Positions 1-12,743 of a DNA stretch of 64,000 nucleotides are shown piece after piece. The notes beneath the pieces are model-generated. The model ran no database searches. It saw only the letters and a program-made list of their open reading frames with translations, and had not been told where the DNA came from. This DNA is from Octopus vulgaris (Eukaryota): positions 71,548,001 to 71,612,000 of the forward strand of contig OX597824.1 of assembly GCA_951406725.2 (NCBI GenBank). The letters are read 5' to 3'. The position numbers were made by a program, and so were the translations under genes. Within the stretch, counting starts at the first letter, position 1, and every line of letters starts with the position of its first letter.

Positions 1-1658
1 ATAGGGCCCCTAGAAGGGATCCTTATATATATTTAATATATTTCATTTTAACAGCCAAGGGAAATAACCCATTCGCTCAGATTTTAACAGCCAAAGGAAA
101 TAACCCATTCATTTTCCTAAATTATTTGGTATAACTCAAATTGAGTATTATTATTTCTTAGTATTTGAACTGTTCGATTTATTTTTGCAATTTATCCAGT
201 ACAACCCTTAAACAAGTAAATAATATTTTCCTAAACAGTAGACCCACTTATTTTGGTTAGTGACTTATTCACGAATATACCAACACTAGTGCTGTTAAGA
301 ATAATATTCTCTGGGAACACACAAAAGCCCTTTTCAGAGTTATTTACTTTGAATTGTTATTATCTCATATCTGATTAGCCTGTTATTATGTAACATGCTT
401 CATGATTTTAGTATACATACCTTATTAGTATTTCCTCCTCAGTTCTATATACTCTTGGAATGCATTAGAGCCCTTTTTGGGGCTACTTTATTTGAATTCT
501 TACTATCAGGTAACTAATTTTATGTTATTACATAACTGACTTCACAATTTGGGTATTCATATCTTATTGGGAATTCGTAAAAACAAGATCCTGTGTAGGA
601 CAGTTCGGTATACTCTGTAACTGCACAGAAACAGTTTTAAGGGCTACATACTTTATATTGTTGTTATTGGATTAGCGAAATAATTATGAGAACAGAACCA
701 AGGGATAAGCCCTGCTTTCCCAGAAATTACCAGTTATGTCAGCTAGTAATAACATAAAGATGCAAATATTTAAAACTAAATTTAACAACAAATGATAACC
801 TTTGAAGGATCTTCTCTCTGTGAAGAACAGGTTAATAAATAACTTGCGTATATTGTGGAGAATATAGCATCCCAGTATGAAAGATGAAAAAGTAAATGTA
901 AACCCTTTATAGTCCTGTGGGGTCCTAGTGGTTAGAAGTGTAGTGCATGACATTAGATTTTGTTTTAAATATTTGCATCTTCAGATTATTATGGCTGAAG
1001 GATTTGAAAATATTTCTAATTTTTATAACTTGTTTCTAGTGAATAAACAAGTGTGCCCTGAAAATTTAATAGCAAAAAGATTATTGGTACTGTGTCAGCA
1101 GTATTTCAGGTATTTACCTTGAATTACTGTTATGTGCCTTCTGTTAATCTGACAAAACAGATGATCTGGTGTAGTCTGAACTGAAAAGTATTGGATAATT
1201 GGTGGTGCGTCTAGTTTTCCAGAACCAAATTTCCTAATTTTTTTGCTGCATCACATAATGTAGTCTTCCTTTGTCTAGCACAAGTCGTTCACTACACATA
1301 CTACAATGCCAGGCACTGCGGTCATAGCTTGTAAGGTACCAGCAAACCAAATTTTGGATACAAGTTCTATTTCTGGTTGTAACTTATTTCAGTTACATTA
1401 TTTATGCCTTGAAACAATCGTGATCATCACAATTCTCATTCTCTTATCTCTTGAAGTCAGCAGGGTTCATGATCCACATGTGGATATTTCTATTTATGAA
1501 AAAAATACCAAACATATGAGACTCTTTTATATATAACAAAACATAAATATCCCAGCATGTTAAAATGAATGCTAATCACAAAGTAAATAATGAAATTATG
1601 TATATTTTTCTCTTTCGTTTCACTTCATTTCACCTTAGTGTTTTATCTCTTTCTTTAG

Positions 1659-1873
1659 GTACTTGAAGACAATGACTATGGGAGAGCTGTGGATTGGTGG
1701 GGGACGGGAGTTGTTATGTATGAAATGATGTGTGGTCGGTTACCTTTTTATAATCGTGACCATGACAAGCTGTTTGAACTAATCATTCTACAGCCCATAC
1801 GATTTCCTCGAACCCTTTCAGAAGAAGCTAAATCCTTATTAGATGGCCTTCTCATCAAAGACCCATCAAAAAG
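1659..1873 (+). CDS. AKT: Akt/PKB serine-threonine kinase, internal coding exon (kinase C-lobe)
   Basis: ttctttag acceptor, AG|gtgagt donor. 215 nt reading [72 protein letters not shown], clearly Akt. Upstream exons lie outside the window. Confidence 0.97.
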
Positions 1874-2715
1874 GTGAGTTCGAATTTTTTCAGATTTTTA
1901 AAAATGTTTTGTTTTGTTTTTATTCAGTCACAGAAATAAATACCATTTACATACCACTAGCATCACCAACATTGACTTGGTACTATTTGGCATGTAGTAA
2001 CAATCAGCAACTGTACTTCTCTCCAACAATGCATGCACACATAAATGCACACATACACATGCTTTCTGGCTCTCTGCTTTCTGAGTTCAAAATCTGCTGA
2101 GATCAACTTTGCCTTCCATCCTTTCAGAACTCAATAAATAAAGTTCCAGTCCAGTACTAGAGTTAGTTCTTCTCCCTTTCTGGAAGAAATTGGCTGTGTT
2201 TAGATCTTGAGAAGGATGGTCTCTGTTAGGTTTCAGTATGTCCAAGTTACATTATCTTACAGTGATGTCTCTATGATTCCAAGAAGAGTTTAGGGTCTGT
2301 GCCAAGGTATACTAATACTCACATGCTTCATCACATGCTTCATCACGTTGAAAAACATATTGATCTCATTACTAAACTCATGAGGAATAAAAGCAAAGCA
2401 AAACAATATTATGACTAGAAGTGAAGTAAATAGCCATGGTTATATATATATATATAAGGTGAGCTGGTAGAATTGTTAGCATGTAGGGCAAAATGCTTAG
2501 TGGCATTTTGTCTGTCTTTATGTTCAGAGTTCAAATTCTGTCAAGGTTGACTTGGTCTTTTATACTTTCAGGGGTGATAAAAATAAAATAAGTACCAGTA
2601 GAGCACTGGGGAAGATATAATTGACTTGTTCCTCCTCTGAAATTGCTGGCTTTGTGTCGAAATGTTAAAGTCAATATATATATATATATATATATATTTC
2701 ATATATCTGTCCACT

Positions 2716-3607
2716 ATTCCTAGGAGAGTTGTGAGATTAGAGTCCTCAGGCACCTCCTCCATAGGGTCCTATCAGAAGCAACTGTCATTAGACTTTTTGG
2801 GTCGGATTCTCAGCAGTGACCAATTGAAACTATGGATATTATCCGACCATCTCATTCTTAATCTGTCTGTATGTCTCCTGACGGTTAGCTTAGATTGAAG
2901 AATCCATCTTGTGATTTTTTTCCTGCAACATTCTAATTGCATGTCTGTGGTGCCAGAACTGTGACCTCTCAATGCAAAGAAGTAGTGACTCAACCTGGAG
3001 AGACTCCCTGAGCTCCAGGCTACTGTACTCTGTCAAGTAATGTTACTCCAGAGATCCTTAGGTGGAAGCCCATTTCAGCCACTTGTATTCATGATCATAT
3101 TCTTTCAGTCATCACCCACCATTCCTGAATAGGTGGAAGGTGGAGGAGGCATGAAAACTGAATTGAAGATGGCAAGTTTTTGGTTTTTTTTAGCAACTTC
3201 TCCTCTTCTAAGGATCAAATGCTGGAACTGGCCTTCCATTACTTCTAAATATGGTCCTGAGAATCTTAAACTTCTTCACTTATCTCACTGATGTTCCACT
3301 AACATGCAGAGTGCACTGGGAAGGCTTTCTTGAAAGGACCAATGTCTCTGTCTTTTGTAGCAGAAATTCTCGTCCTTGCCTTGCAGTACTCTGCAGCAAA
3401 CCCATTCAATGCATGCTGGAGATCACCTTCTGATGAGTCTGGTAGCACCGTGTTATCTGCAAATATCACCCAACTAATTCTACTCTCACTGACTGTGATA
3501 CCACTTCCACAATGGATGTGCAAGTCAATCCAGTTCATAACAATTATGAAAAGGAGATGTGACAATACACATCCTTGCCAAAGTCCAACTCCCACTTTGA
3601 AAGCTTT
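2716..3607 (-). mobile_element. Decayed RTE-clade LINE fragment
   Basis: FKVGVGLWQGCVLSHLLFIIVMNWI...IFADNTVL..SSEGDLQHAL and RMRWSDNI. Many frameshifts. Confidence 0.8.
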
Positions 3608-3916
3608 TGACTTATATATATATACATATGTATGCATTTGTATATGTAACAAATCTTATCCATAGAGAACCTTTAGTGACCTTAATAGAATCTGCTTGGT
3701 ATTGAACTGGAGGAAACTGATACTGTAGAATAATTGCACTTTTTTCTCTTTACAAGAATAATAAAAAAAATGTCCGAATTTTTCCAAATCTGTCTCACTT
3801 TTGCTAGCTTGTAAAACTGAATGTAACATGATAAAATGAACAGACTAATTCAAACTTTGTACTGCACTTGATTGCTGCCTATATGTGCTTTTAATTTGTT
3901 TTATTTTTCCTTGTAG

Positions 3917-4004
3917 GCTTGGTGGAAGTGAAGACGATGTCAAAGAAATAATGGCTCACCAATTCTTTGCCCCTGTTCATTGGCATGAACTTCTTGAGAA
4001 AAAG
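3917..4004 (+). CDS. AKT: Akt/PKB penultimate coding exon
   Basis: ttgtag acceptor, AAG|gtaaac donor. 88 nt, phase 2 joins the previous exon: (R)LGGSEDDVKEIMAHQFFAPVHWHELLEKK. Confidence 0.95.
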
Positions 4005-4725
4005 GTAAACTTTGAACATAGGGCATAACAATTTCTTTTATCCTTCCCTGATTTGCTGTAAATCTTGAATCTTAAAATCTTAAATACCTTACTTTCTTCT
4101 TTCTGGCATATGTTACAGTACTGTCTTCACAGCCACAGGTTTTAGGTTCAATCCCTCCTCATGGCACCTTGGGCAAATGTTTTTTTCTACTAAATACCTA
4201 AGCCAGTCAAACCCTTGTGAGTGAATTTAGAAAATAGAAAACTATAAAGCCTCTCATATGTCATCAGGACTAATGGGTTTCTTTGGAATTTTTTTCTTTA
4301 ACTAAGGGTTATCATTTCCTTAGATGGACTGCCTGTATACGCCCTGCAGAATCTACATCTATTTATTCCATCTGTTTGGCAGTGTGATTTTTACTGTTGA
4401 AAGCCCCTTTTATCATCTGTCACTTCACAACACTTTTGTGTCTGTAATGTGTGTGTGTGTGTGTGTATGTATCCTTGACATTGTGTGGTAATTTTCAATA
4501 AATGTCACTGTCATACAACTGGTGTCATTCATTTTCCATCTTTTATGAAAATGCGTCTGGCCATGTTGAAAGGACTATGAGCGTTACTTGCAAACAGGTA
4601 AGAGAGGGTGACAGGAATACTGTCTATCTATAGAAAATCTGCCTCAGAATTTTGTCAGATCCATGCATGTTGGAAAACTGGATGTTAAAGTGATGATGTG
4701 GATGATTGTCATCCGTATATCATAC

Positions 4726-4953
4726 TTAACCCTTTTGATATCAACCCGGCTGAAACCACCTCTGGCTCTGTAGTACAAATGTCCTGTTTTCAAAAGTTCT
4801 GAATTAAAATCTTCCACCAAACCTTAGTCACAATTTATGTTCCTAACACTAGTTTAATGATAACTAAGTTATTTTACTAAATTCTTTGTTATATATAAAA
4901 TTAATTGAAAGAAACAGAGCATCTCAACAGAAATATGGTAACAAAAGGGATAA
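4726..4953. mobile_element. piggyBac-type MITE family 1 (relatives end at about 7116, 22746, 22885)
   Basis: TTAA-CCCTTTTGATA ... TAACAAAAGGG-ATAA termini. Confidence 0.75.
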
Positions 4954-4965
4954 TGTATATACACT

Positions 4966-5702
4966 GTTGACAGATATGATGTGGTTTTTGACTCAGAGAA
5001 AATCTCTTCATAGACATGCTGCATTAAAAATGCAATATATATTAGAGCAAGACAAACCTCATTCCAGCAGTGACTCACAAGAATGTCAAATGTTTTTCAG
5101 GTTTCTTGAGCTTTGTCAGTGGCATGTACTGGCTAGTAATATTCCTAGACTATTCCTAGAATATTCCCCTCCTCTTGATATATAAGAAATGGTAAATAAT
5201 ATTCACTAATATTGTGTATACTCTCTGAGCTGAATAAAAATGTCATGTACTCAATAGAAACAGCATTAATTAAGATATATTCACTACTGATAGGCTTGAT
5301 GCTGCAGTTTACATCCAAGATAAAATCTCTTAAAAACATATTGTGTTAAAAGTACAATATATATTAGAGCGAAATGGAAAATCGTCCTGGCATTGGCTAT
5401 CACGAATGCCAGATGCATTTCAGCCTTTGGGCTTTGTCAGTAGCATGTACTCACAGCTGCTTGCCAAGATGAAATTTGTTGCCTCTGTTATGTAGGAAAC
5501 GGAATAATACATTCACTGATGTTCTGAATAGCTGCAGGGTTGAATAAAAAACTTGGTCTACGCAACTAGAATAGCATTAAATTTAAATAGCTATCTATTT
5601 ATCTATCTATCATACTTAACATTTATATCTTGTTGACAGGCATAATGATGTGGTTTTTATCTGAGAAAAAAATCTGCCCATAGATTTCCTGTGTTAAAAA
5701 TG
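4966..5702 (-). repeat. Degenerate ~320-345 bp tandem repeat (about 2.2 units), each full unit with a hammerhead-like motif
   Basis: Units start near 4966, 5286 and 5632. Shared blocks include caatatatattagagc and gctttgtcagt(g/a)gcatgtact. Confidence 0.8.
5406..5446 (-). ncRNA. Minimal type I hammerhead motif with a core G8A change
   Basis: Minus strand: ATGCTA-CTGACAA-AGCCcaaaGGCT-GAA-ATGCAT-C-TGGCAT. Palindromic helix III, AUC triplet. Confidence 0.65.
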
Positions 5703-6097
5703 ATAATGATGACATTGAATTCGTGTGTAAGCAACTGACAAACATCTGTCTCCTTCAGGCAGAATCAGCATGACAACAGTGTGACATGGTTGGGCTTTTG
5801 AATTATACGTCCAATCTATCTGACAGGCTTCTACACAGATTCCAACTAATTTCCTTTGCAAGGCTTAGGTTGGCTGATTGAAGTCTGTAATAAAAGATAC
5901 CTGCCTAAGATGACACGCAGTAGGTGTGAAACTGTGATTGCAAATCAAACTTCTTACCAATTTGATTAAATGGATCCTCTGTCAGTTTTGACGAAGATTA
6001 TTCATGTTGTTTAATCAATGGCTCTACCTAGTATAGTGTAAGTGGTGATGTATATAACAGGTACTTGATCTGTGTACATACATTTACTAACACTTAC

Positions 6098-6503
6098 ACT
6101 GTCGCCTTACTGGCACTCGAGCCCCGTGCTAGTAGGGTGTTAAGAGCACCATCCGAGCGTGATCGTTGCCAGAGCGACTATCTGGCCTCCGTGCCAGTAG
6201 CACGTAAAAGACACCAATCAAGCGTGATCGTTACCAGCATCGCCTTACTGGCACCTGTGCCAGTGGCATGTGTAAAAAATTCGAGCGAGGTCGTTGCCAG
6301 TACTGCCTGACTGGCCCTGTGCCGGTGGCACGTAAAAGCACCCACTACACTCTCGGAGTGGCTGGCGTTAGGAAGGGCATCCAGCTGTAGAAACTCTGCC
6401 AGATCAAGATTGAAACCTGGTGCAGCCATCTGGTTCGCCAGCCCTCAGTCAAATCGTCCAACCCATGCTAGCATGGAAAGTGGACGTTAAACGATGATGA
6501 TGA
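6098..6503 (+). mobile_element. SINE family C 3' part (copies 14750-15137 -, 44203-44392 -)
   Basis: Internal GCGTGATCGTT repeats; GGAAGGGCATCCAGCTGTAGAAAC...CCCATGCTAGCATGGAAAG..GACGTTAAACGATGATGA tail. Confidence 0.85.
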
Positions 6504-7368
6504 CTGCTATGTTAGCAATTTTTTTTATTGTGAACTGAGACAAGGGACATAATTTTAGTTACCATGAATTCTCAACTGATAATATATTCTGTTCTTATCT
6601 TTTGTCTCATGGTTTTGTTGTTTAGCCTCAGGTCTACTCTGATCCAGCTGACCTATGATGAACTGCATTCTGCTCATGATCATCTTCATTAAATTTTCTC
6701 AAGTGTGTTCGTTCTTGTTTTAGATCAGTCTTGGCTATCTTGTGCCCCATGGGACTTTCTAAATGTTATGTGTAACAAAAAAATTGCTTTGAAATTTCGA
6801 AGAAGGTTGGCCTGCCTGATGATGATCCATGTCTGATGCAACTTACTTCTTGAAAATGGTTGCTCATGCCTGTTTTAGATTGTAGGGTGTGATTTGTCCC
6901 CATTGACAACAACCCACTCGAAACTGCCCATGTCATAGATTCTGTGTTAAAGTGATCTGGATTAAAACTTACCATCAAAACTTCGTGGTAATTTGTTCCA
7001 AAAACTAACTAAAAGATAACGAAAAGTTATTTTATTTACTAAATTCTTTATTATTTCCAAAATTAAATTCAACAAAATCAGTGCAGGCTGACAGGAATTT
7101 GGTAACAAAAGGGTTAAAGAAGATGCTTTACTTGCTGATTCCTTTAAATAAGTCTCTCATCTCTATGTTATAAATATTGTTCAAGAGAAATGCAAGGGAA
7201 GGGCTGATACAGCTTGGCACTGGTGTTGTCACAGGAGATGCCATCAGAAGGCAGGAAGTTGTAATCGTTTTTGTAGAGCGTCTCATCTAACACCAACAGT
7301 TTTATCAATCCACTGTCCATATATATGTGTGTGTATGTGTTTATTAATTTCTTTCCTTCCATTTGCAG

Positions 7369-7605
7369 ATTACACCACCATGGCGACCAGATGTGAAATC
7401 TGCTGATGATACAAAATACATCCCTGAGGAATTTGCCCGTGAGCCCGTTGCTCTCACTCCACCGCAGACAATAACTCCACCCCTTGAGGCTATTGAAGAA
7501 GATGAGTTCGAGTTACCCTATTTTTCACAGTTCTCCTATCATGGCAGTAGAAGTAGCTTGGGAAGCTATCTTAGCGCATCTGCAGCAACTGCAGAATTAT
7601 TTTAA
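7369..7605 (+). CDS. AKT: Akt/PKB last coding exon (AGC C-tail with turn motif and hydrophobic motif)
   Basis: ttgcag acceptor, phase 0. Reads ITPPWRPDVKSADDTKYIPEEF...LTPP...FSQFSY...ELF then TAA. FSQFSY corresponds to the Ser473 hydrophobic motif. Confidence 0.96.
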   Translation: MTPPWRPDVKSADDTKYIPEEFAREPVALTPPQTITPPLEAIEEDEFELPYFSQFSYHGSRSSLGSYLSASAATAELF

Positions 7606-8488
7606 CAAAAAAAAAACCCAAAAAAAACCAAGCAACAGGAAGAAAAATATAATAATAATAATAATATTAATAATAATAATGATAATAATAAAATATTAAT
7701 AATAATAATAATTTAACAAAAAATTATTTGGAAGAAAAATACCCCCTCCCCTAAAAAAAATTTAAAATGAAATAAAAAAAAATTTAACAATGATGATGAT
7801 GGTGGTAATGATTTATAAAAAAACAAAAAAGACTTAAACAAGACAAGAAGAAAGAACATTGAAAGAAAGAGAGGGAGAGAACAAAAGTGAGGATGATTTA
7901 AATTTTAACAAACTGGAAAAAATGAAAAAAAGTAAAAAAAAAAATGCGATGTCTTGATTGGATTGGATTGGATTAAAACCCTGTATCTTTTGTCTTTTTT
8001 TTTTTTTTTTTTACAATCTGCAATTTAACACTGTAACAATAACATGAAAATAATAATATTAATGATGATGATGATGATGATTTCTAACATTGGCGCAAAG
8101 GTCACAAGCTTTGGTGGGAAGGATAAAGTCAGCTTGGTCGATCTTCCACAGCACCTCTTCTGGCATTTTATCAGAAAGGTCAGTGTCTTTGAATAAAAAA
8201 GAAAAAGGCAAGGGGCAAGATCGAACTTGTTGAGGTTTGAACTCGGAACCTAAAGGGATGTAACTAAATACCGCAAGGCATTTAATCTGCTGCTCTGCTG
8301 TTTCTGCCATCCACCGCAATTAATACTAATAATAAGGATTATAATTTTTTTTTTCACTGTTCATTTTCCATGTCATTCCCTAGTCAACCTGGTGATGAAT
8401 AACCTAAATAGAATTTGATTACTATTCTAGTATGTATATATATACTTGCACACATACATGTATACACAGAAATTTATGCATGTGTATG

Positions 8489-8519
<31 letters not shown>

Positions 8520-9607
8520 ACCCAGACGCACATATATGTGTATATGTATATATATATATATACACATACACATACACGCAAAAATGAGCTAAGAGAAATA
8601 ACTCAAAGTGGCCAGTGGCATATTTAAGTAACATAGACAAATATGTTATATATGTACACACACAAACACACATATAGGCACTGTAAGATGAGCATACTGT
8701 CACTGAATTCTTTTTTTTTTTTAATATATTTTCTTGTTTTGTTTAATGTTCGTTTGTTTCTCACAAAAGTAAGTAAATGAACACTTTAGAGAAATATACT
8801 GGAAAATGAGATATCAAATTTTAATTCAAGTATTACAACTATTGTGAGTTATACATACACACAGCCACACACACACACACACACACACATTGTATGTGCT
8901 TCTGCATGCATACATGTATGGAGAATATTTCTTTGTGTGATGTGTGTGTGTGTGTAGTAAATGTTTTTGTTTTTTGTTTCTGAGTGCTTCAAACTTGTTG
9001 ACTCCACTTCATTTTTTTTTTTTTTTTTATCATTTGGGTGGTACGTAAATGAATATCCTGTATTTGGATCTAACAGCTTTTGCCTTGTTAATGGAATGAT
9101 TATGATTTTAAAAACGAAAAAAGGAAAGAAGTGAAATTTACAAGTTTGAAAATTTTAATGGAAACACACCTAAGAATTTTTTTTGTTATATAGTTGTATT
9201 TTTAATCACATATTTTGTATTTAATTTTTTATTTCTATTTTATTTAAAATATATATAATATATATGGTTTAATTAGGAGCACGGCGTTGGTCCATGTTTG
9301 CAGGCCCTCCAAGTCTGGTGATATATTACATGTGTATGTGTGGTGTGTGTGTGTATGTGTGTGTGTTTGACATGATACAAAAGCACTCAATACCAGGTCA
9401 GTAAGAGTTTAATGTAATACAATAAGCCTATTGGCATGCATTTGGCTAAGGAATTGTTTCATGCAGTAATGTCGTAGTTGTGTGAAAACACTCATCAGGC
9501 TTCGAAGAACATAACTGCATGAAACAGTTCATAGCCAACTGGGTAATAGCAGGTCATTGAATTATCTCTCTCTTTCTTTCTCTCTTTATACACACACACA
9601 TATATGC

Positions 9608-9646
<39 letters not shown>

Positions 9647-10392
9647 TATACATATATATATGAATACATACATATATAAAATATATATATATATATATAT
9701 ACTTATGTATGCACACAGTCATACAATGAGAATTTATCAAATTTGTTATTTCAATGCAGGTTTCAAATTTTTTTTTAAATCCCTAAATAGACCACATTTG
9801 GATTTTTTTTTATTCAACTTCCAAAATTCTATGCTTTAAGGTCTTTTTTTTTTGTAAAAAGAAAAAGGGAAAAAGGAAAACAACCCAGTAAATCAGCTGT
9901 AAATTGTTTAAATAATGAAATAATTTCCACCGTAGTGGTTGGGTTATGTTTTATTGTTATTTTTAAATTCTTATTTGTGTTTTTGTTTTGTTTATAAATT
10001 TGTTTTTTTTTTGTTGTTTTGTTTTTTTCCTCCATTGCTTGTTTGCTGTTTGTCACCAATTCCGCTCTCCCTTCTCTCTCTCTTTCTCTTACACTCTCCC
10101 ACTCTCTTTAAAAAAAAAGGAATTAATTGAAACAAAAATAAAACTACAAATTACTCTTCTTTTTTTTATTTAAGCATTTTTTTTTAAAACAAAAATTATA
10201 GGAAAATAATGATGATGATAATGATAATGCTTCTTTCATAGGCACAAGGCCTAAAAATCGGGAGAGGCTGGAGTTAGTCAATTAGTCAATTAAATCAAGT
10301 ACTCAACCAGTACTTTATTTTATTAACCCCTGTAGGGATGAAAGATCCGGAACAAATATCTTAAGGTATTTTGTCTGATGCTTTAACAATTC

Positions 10393-10423
<31 letters not shown>

Positions 10424-11297
10424 CAATAATGCAAAATCTCTCCTTTATGTATAGTTAGCATTGATCTCATATGGACCTTGCCTCTGAACATCTACAACAA
10501 AACTAATAAACAAACAAAAACACTAATTAAACAGCAACAATTGTTGAGTTTTGAATTGTGTTGGTGAGTACCCTAATAAGAGTTTCTCTTACACACATGC
10601 ACTTATGCTCACACATACACATGCATGCAAAGGACTTTAGGTTTTGCCTGACATCTCGTTCAACCAATCTGATTGAATATGCTATCATGCAAACAATCAA
10701 AATGAATTTTAAAGAAAAATTTGACTCCACTTTGAGTACTGGGTCACCCGATTAGTAAATTATCTGTTTTTAAAATTGCATTAAAATAACAACCCTAAAT
10801 AAACAAATAAGCATTTATATAGACACACACACACACACTAATAGGAATTATGATGATGGAAATGAGAAATTACTGACAGCAAACAAAATATTGATTTCTA
10901 ACATAATAATAATAATAATAATGATGATGATGGTAATTATAATAATGATTTCTTTCTTTGGCTATATGAGCCCAATATGTTGGGGCAGTGCAAGAAGAAA
11001 ATACAAATGATGAGGAAGACAACTTCTCTGTTTACAGAAGATGTTGAAAAAGATCGAAGTGCCTTGCACAGTAATACGATGTCCACAACAGGACGTGATT
11101 ACACAACTTGGAAGTGAAGATGGTATCATCGACACATGGAAGGATGATAGTAATAATAAAGTTAATAATAATCTGCAGAGTAAGGGGAAGGAGTAGCAGC
11201 AGGAAATAAATCAAATACTATGCAAATGAAATGTGCATAATTTTTCTTTTGTCTCCGCCCCTTTCAGTGGTACTGGCAGCATCATCATCTTCCTATT

Positions 11298-11328
<31 letters not shown>

Positions 11329-12507
11329 TTGTGTGTATGTGTGTGTGTGAGTATTTACTCTGATTTTCTTGTTTTCGTTCTTCAGGAAACTCAGAGCAGT
11401 GATGGCGTGAAGCTACAGCTTCAAATAAAGGAATATACTCTAATACGTGTATTGAGTACTTTTTCTCTCATTTATAAATGCGAAAGTATATAATAAAAAT
11501 ATATATACATGCACACATACATATGCATATACATACATGTACACGCAAACATATATATGTATATATATTACTAACATCATAAGAATTTAGAAGCCTCAAG
11601 AGATATGAAATAAATTGATTTAAACAGTGGAACACAAAGCTGTGTATAACTGTAAAATTTTGAGTTAAAAGACACCATTGGATGGAAAAAGTTGAAGGCT
11701 GCCAATCCAAGTGTTTTTTAACCCAATATTCTACATGCTATTATTTTTAGCTTTATCTACTTCAAGTTCCACTGTTAAATACTATATATGTATATATATA
11801 TATAATTGTCACTAAATATGACAAGGGTGTTAGAAACACCTACATTGCTAAAAATAAGAGCTAAAATGCTCAAATGCTTTGACTACAGCATTAAAGCATT
11901 TTAGCTCTTATTTCTAGCAATATTTAGTGACAATTATAGTTTTCCCTTTTGGTAAAACATAGCTCACTGCTGTCTATATATATATAGAAAGAAAGAAATA
12001 TATACACACACACACATACATGCATATATGTTCATACATATTTTGTTAAGATTTAAATATAGAACAATGTTTCACATTGTACATGTGTAAACACCAATTT
12101 GAGATTAAAAATGAATCAAGAAAGTCAATTGGTGTGGTTTGAATCGAGCCGTGTATCTATTACTTAGATGCTATTAGTTAAACTAATACAGAATTTCTCT
12201 CTTGGATTATGCATCAATGTCTATATGCTTTCACTGAACCTTTTGCTTCCACAGTTTCATTGGAATAATTCTTCAGCAACCCAGCTACCAAGTGACCAGT
12301 TCTGACCATAGCAAGGTATCCTATCTTGATTTGATGTTTAGACATGTTGTTTTACTGTATTCTGGACTATGGCTTTGCAGGGATGTGGCTTCGAGGATAT
12401 ATTTGATTATATTTAGTCTATTACATGTAACCAGCACATATTTTATAAACCTTGGAAGAACAGCAAGCAAAGTTTGGCTGATTTAAATTCACATACAGAT
12501 GTAAACA

Positions 12508-12743
12508 ATACCTATTTCTTTACTGCCCACAAGGGGCTAAACACAGAGAAGACAAACAAGGACAGACAAATGGATTAAATCGATTATATTGACCCCAGTG
12601 CGTAACTGATACTTATTTAATCGACCCCGAAAGGATGAAAGGCAAAGTCAACCTCGGCGGAATTTGAACTCAGAACGTAATGGCAGACGAAATACCGCTA
12701 AGCATTTCATCCAGCATGCTAACGATTCTGCCAGCTCGCCACC
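12508..12743 (-). mobile_element. SINE family B (copies about 2457-2667 +, 15290-15472 -, 19905-20135 -, 24409-24600 +, many fragments)
   Basis: Head GGCGAGCTGGCAGAA, GAGTTCAAATTCC B-box, conserved CCTTTCGGGGTCGAT-AAATAAGTA-CAG block. Confidence 0.88.

Noticed and set aside
6065-6429. ORFs starting MAAPG... here and at 14820
   Set aside because: They are translations of the same SINE family C, not genes.
9470-9500. CTGATGA followed by a GTGT/ACAC stem on the minus strand
   Set aside because: No GAAA or helix III after the stem, so not called a hammerhead.
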